Assembly (NCBI GenBank): GCA_951406725.2
Contig: OX597823.1
Span: 10,664,001 to 10,728,000, forward strand
Source: Octopus vulgaris
Lineage: Eukaryota
Direction: 5' to 3'
Length of the DNA stretch: 64,000 nucleotides
Shown here: piece after piece, positions 60,925 to 64,000 of the stretch
How the letters are laid out: each line of letters begins with the position of its first letter
How positions within the stretch are numbered: the first letter of the stretch is position 1
Translations under genes and position numbers: made by a program
Notes under the pieces: model-generated
What the model saw: only the letters and a program-made list of their open reading frames with translations
Databases searched by the model: none
Told to the model about the DNA's origin: nothing

Positions 60925-61343
60925 GGCGTAGGAGTGGCTGTGTGGTAAGTAGCTTGCTTACCAACCACATGGTTCCGGGTTCAGTCCCCCTGCGTGGCAC
61001 CTTGGGCAAGTGTCTTCTACTATAGCCTCGGACCGACCAGGGCCTTGTGAGTGGATTTGGTAGACGGAAACTGAAAGAAGCCTGTCGTATATATGTATAT
61101 ATATATATATGTATGTGTGTGTATGTTTGTGTGTCTGTGTTTGTCCCCCTAGCATTGCTTGACAACCGATGCTGGTGTGTTTACGTCCCCGTCACTTAGC
61201 GGTTCGGCAAAAAGAGACCGATAGAATAAGTACTGGGCTTACAAAGAATAAGTCCCGGGGTCGATTTGCTCGACTAAAGGCGGTGCTCCAGCATGGCCGC
61301 AGTCAAATGACTGAAACAAGTAAAAGAGAAAGAGAAAAAGAGA
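60925..61343 (+). mobile_element. SINE family B, complete
   Basis: Full match. Confidence 0.92.
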
Positions 61344-61929
61344 GCTAGACATAGCGCGTTTTAGAAAGTAATCGATAGTGTGAACATACTTTATACTGAG
61401 AGCAAAACGAAGCTAAGTAGAAATAATTAAGAGGGGAGCAAAAATTACTGGTCAATAACTTGAATTGTTTTAAGTATTTCGACAAAGACAAGAGACAACT
61501 CTGCCTTTCATCCTTTCATCCTCTGTCATCCATCCCTTCAGGGTCGATAAATTAAGTACCAGTTCCGTCCTGGGGTTGATCTAATCGAACGGCCCCCACA
61601 CCAAAAAAATAAAATAAAATAAAATAAAATTTCGGGCCTTGGGCCTAGAGTAGAAAACGTTATTAGAACGAGATATAAAGAAAAATAAAGAGAGAGGGAA
61701 ATAGAAAGAGAGAGAGAGAGAGAGAAAGAAGGAGAGAGAAAGAAACAGAGTGAGAGAGAGAAAGAGAGAGAGAGAGAGAAAGCCATGATCGATTCATCTC
61801 TTGCATTAATATTTCTGATTTGTGGGATTCTAAATTGAGATGTTCACATCTCGGCAAACTTTTCTTTATCATTCATCTTTCTGAAGTTGACAAATATAGT
61901 AAAAGATAAATACCAGTGTCGAAGTTGCT

Positions 61930-61951
61930 CGCTCTCTCTCTCTTTCTCTTA

Positions 61952-61996
<45 letters not shown>

Positions 61997-62017
61997 TTCT
62001 CTCTCTCTCTCTTTCTC

Positions 62018-62056
<39 letters not shown>

Positions 62057-62375
62057 TTCTCCCTTTCTCTCTCTCTCTTTCTCTCTCTCTCTCTTTCTCC
62101 CTTTCTCCCTTTCTCTCTCTCTCTTGCTCTCTCTCTCTATCTCTCTCTCTTTCTCTTACTCCCTTTCTCTCTCTCTCTCTTCCTCTTTCTCTCTATTTCC
62201 TTCTCCCTCTAATTCTCTCTTTCTCCCCCCGCCCCCCCTCTCTCTCTCTTTCTCTCTTTATCTCTCTCTCTCTCTCTCTTCCTCTTTCTCTCTATTTCCT
62301 TCTCCCTCTAATTCTCTCTAACTCCCCCGCTCCCTCTCCCCTCTCCCCTCTCCCGCTCCCTCTCTCTCTATCTCG
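61930..62375. repeat. (CT)n polypyrimidine tract, facing a (GA)n tract at 61675-61782
   Basis: Directly visible. Confidence 0.95.
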
Positions 62376-62397
62376 CCTACTCTGAACGGATTGCAAT

Positions 62398-62570
62398 CTC
62401 GTCCACCAAGCATTATGGCTTCATCCGCGAAGCATTATTAACTCGTCCATCAAGCACTCATGCATCCCGTCGGCGAAGTATTATGATCTCACCCGTGAAG
62501 TATTATAGCCTCGTTCCACCAAGCATTATGACCTCGTCCATGTAGCCTTATGACCTCGACTGCGAATCAT
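62398..62570. repeat. Degenerate ~21-bp minisatellite, about 8 copies
   Basis: Recurrent ctcgtcc.cc/gaagcattatga motif. Confidence 0.75.
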
Positions 62571-62746
62571 CATTGTCTTAGCCATTGATACAGTGTCACA
62601 TCCAACACATGGCGCAGGCTGCTAGTTCAGTAACCATTATGAATTCACTAACCAACAGCACCAGTATATGATGCTTGCCTAAAATATCGACTTATTTATA
62701 GTCAATACTTTAATTACTTTCCCGGAAATATATGATTTAGTTATAC

Positions 62747-63663
62747 AAAGCGGCGAGCTGGCAGAAACGTTAGCACACCGGGCGAAATGCTTAGCGGTAT
62801 TTCGTCTGCCGCTACGTTCTGAGTTCAAATTCCGCCGAGTTCAACTTTGCCTTTCATCCTTTCGAGGTCGATTAAATAAGTACCAGTTACGCACTGTGTT
62901 TAGCCCCTTGTGGGGAGTAAAGAAATAGGTATTTCGTCTGCCGTTACGTTCTCAGTTCAAAATCAGCCGAGGTCGACTTTGCCTTTCATCCTTTCGGGGT
63001 CGATAAATTAAGTACCAGTTACGCACTGAGGTCGATGTAATCGACTTAATCCGTTTGTCTGTCCTTGTTTGTCCTCTCTGTGTTTAGCCCCTTGTGGGTA
63101 GTTTGGAAATAAGTATTTTGTCTGCTGTTACGTTCTGAGTTCAAATTCCGCCGAGGTCGACTTTGCCTTTCATCCTTTCGGGGTCGATAAATTAAGTACC
63201 AGTTACGCACTGAGGTCGATGTAATCGACTTAATCCGTTTGTCTGTCCTTGTTTGCCCTCTCTGTGTTTAGCCCCTTGTGGGTAGTAAAAAAATAGGTAT
63301 TTTGTCTGCCGTTACGTTCTGAGTTCAAATTCCGCCGAGGTCGACTTTGCCTTTCATCCTTTCGAGGTCGATAAATTAAGTACCAGTTACGCACTGAGGT
63401 CGATGTAATCGACTTAATCCGTTTGTCTGTCCTTGTTTGCCCTCTCTGTGTTTAGCCCCTTGTAGGTAGTAAAGAAATAGGTATTTTGTCTGCCGTTACG
63501 TTCTGAGTTCAAATTCCGCCGAGGTCGACTTTGCCTTTCATCCTTCCGGGATCGATAAATTAAGTACCAGTTACGCACTGAGGTCGATGTAATCGACGTA
63601 ATCCGTTTGTCTGTCCTTGTTTGTCCCCTCTATGTTTAGCCCCTTGTAGGTAGTAAAGAAATA
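62747..63663 (+). repeat. SINE C concatemer: one head plus 5 bodies, bounded by a 17-bp TSD
   Basis: Units at 62796 (internally deleted), 62928, 63112, 63296, 63480; atatgatttagttatac at 62730-46 and 63664-80. Confidence 0.95.
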
Positions 63664-64000
63664 ATATGATTTAGTTATACTTTTCAGTGTGATTCGCCAC
63701 TAAGACGATAAGACAAAGGAAATGTATGTAACAATAATTAAATAGTATTAAGAAATTGTTAAGTGGAGATTTTCCCGTGTTTTTGAACTTAACTTCACAA
63801 CCACTTGCTTTCGGGTTCGATTCCACTGCATGGCAATTTGCGCAAATGCCTTGTTCAGTAGCCACCCGTTGCTCAAATCTAAAACAAATATAATATGTTA
63901 AATTGCAACTGAAACAACCATCAGTTGAAACGGCAATTCCTGTACAAGAGTGGTGGACTTAACCTGTCTCCAGATTTAACAGTAATACCTGAACTTTAGA

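Noticed and set aside
62928-63111. Known ribozyme inside the SINE C unit
   Set aside because: No CUGANGA/GAAA core on either strand, and I could not fit an HDV or twister fold by eye; needs a covariance search.
57990-63663. Regular arrays as CRISPR
   Set aside because: Units are contiguous 184-bp near-identical SINE bodies with no unique spacers, no cas genes, and a eukaryotic context.

Overview
AT-rich, microsatellite-dense eukaryotic DNA with no intact protein-coding gene I can recognise. The repeat content (tRNA-derived SINE families, very long (AT)n/(AAT)n tracts) best fits an octopus or other coleoid cephalopod genome; this is recalled from repeat families, not database-confirmed. Most ORF-track entries are microsatellite or SINE artefacts. 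Supported content: a full-length dead mariner (11473-12758); hAT, R4/Dong, RTE and CR1 fragments; two complete non-autonomous Helitrons; a long palindromic MITE-like element; at least four tRNA-SINE families (my labels A, B, C, G); a TAA-associated repeat (D); and three candidate small minus-strand exons. Two signals stand out. (1) SINE-C occurs as one head plus 1, 2, 2, 5 or 12 tandem 184-bp bodies, always joined at the same palindromic junction and in several cases bounded by a single target-site duplication (TSD). (2) Several unrelated non-coding elements sit in (AT)n tracts as direct/inverted arrays and carry minimal type I hammerhead ribozyme folds (Penelope pLTR / retrozyme-like). Coordinates were read by eye and may be off by a few bases.
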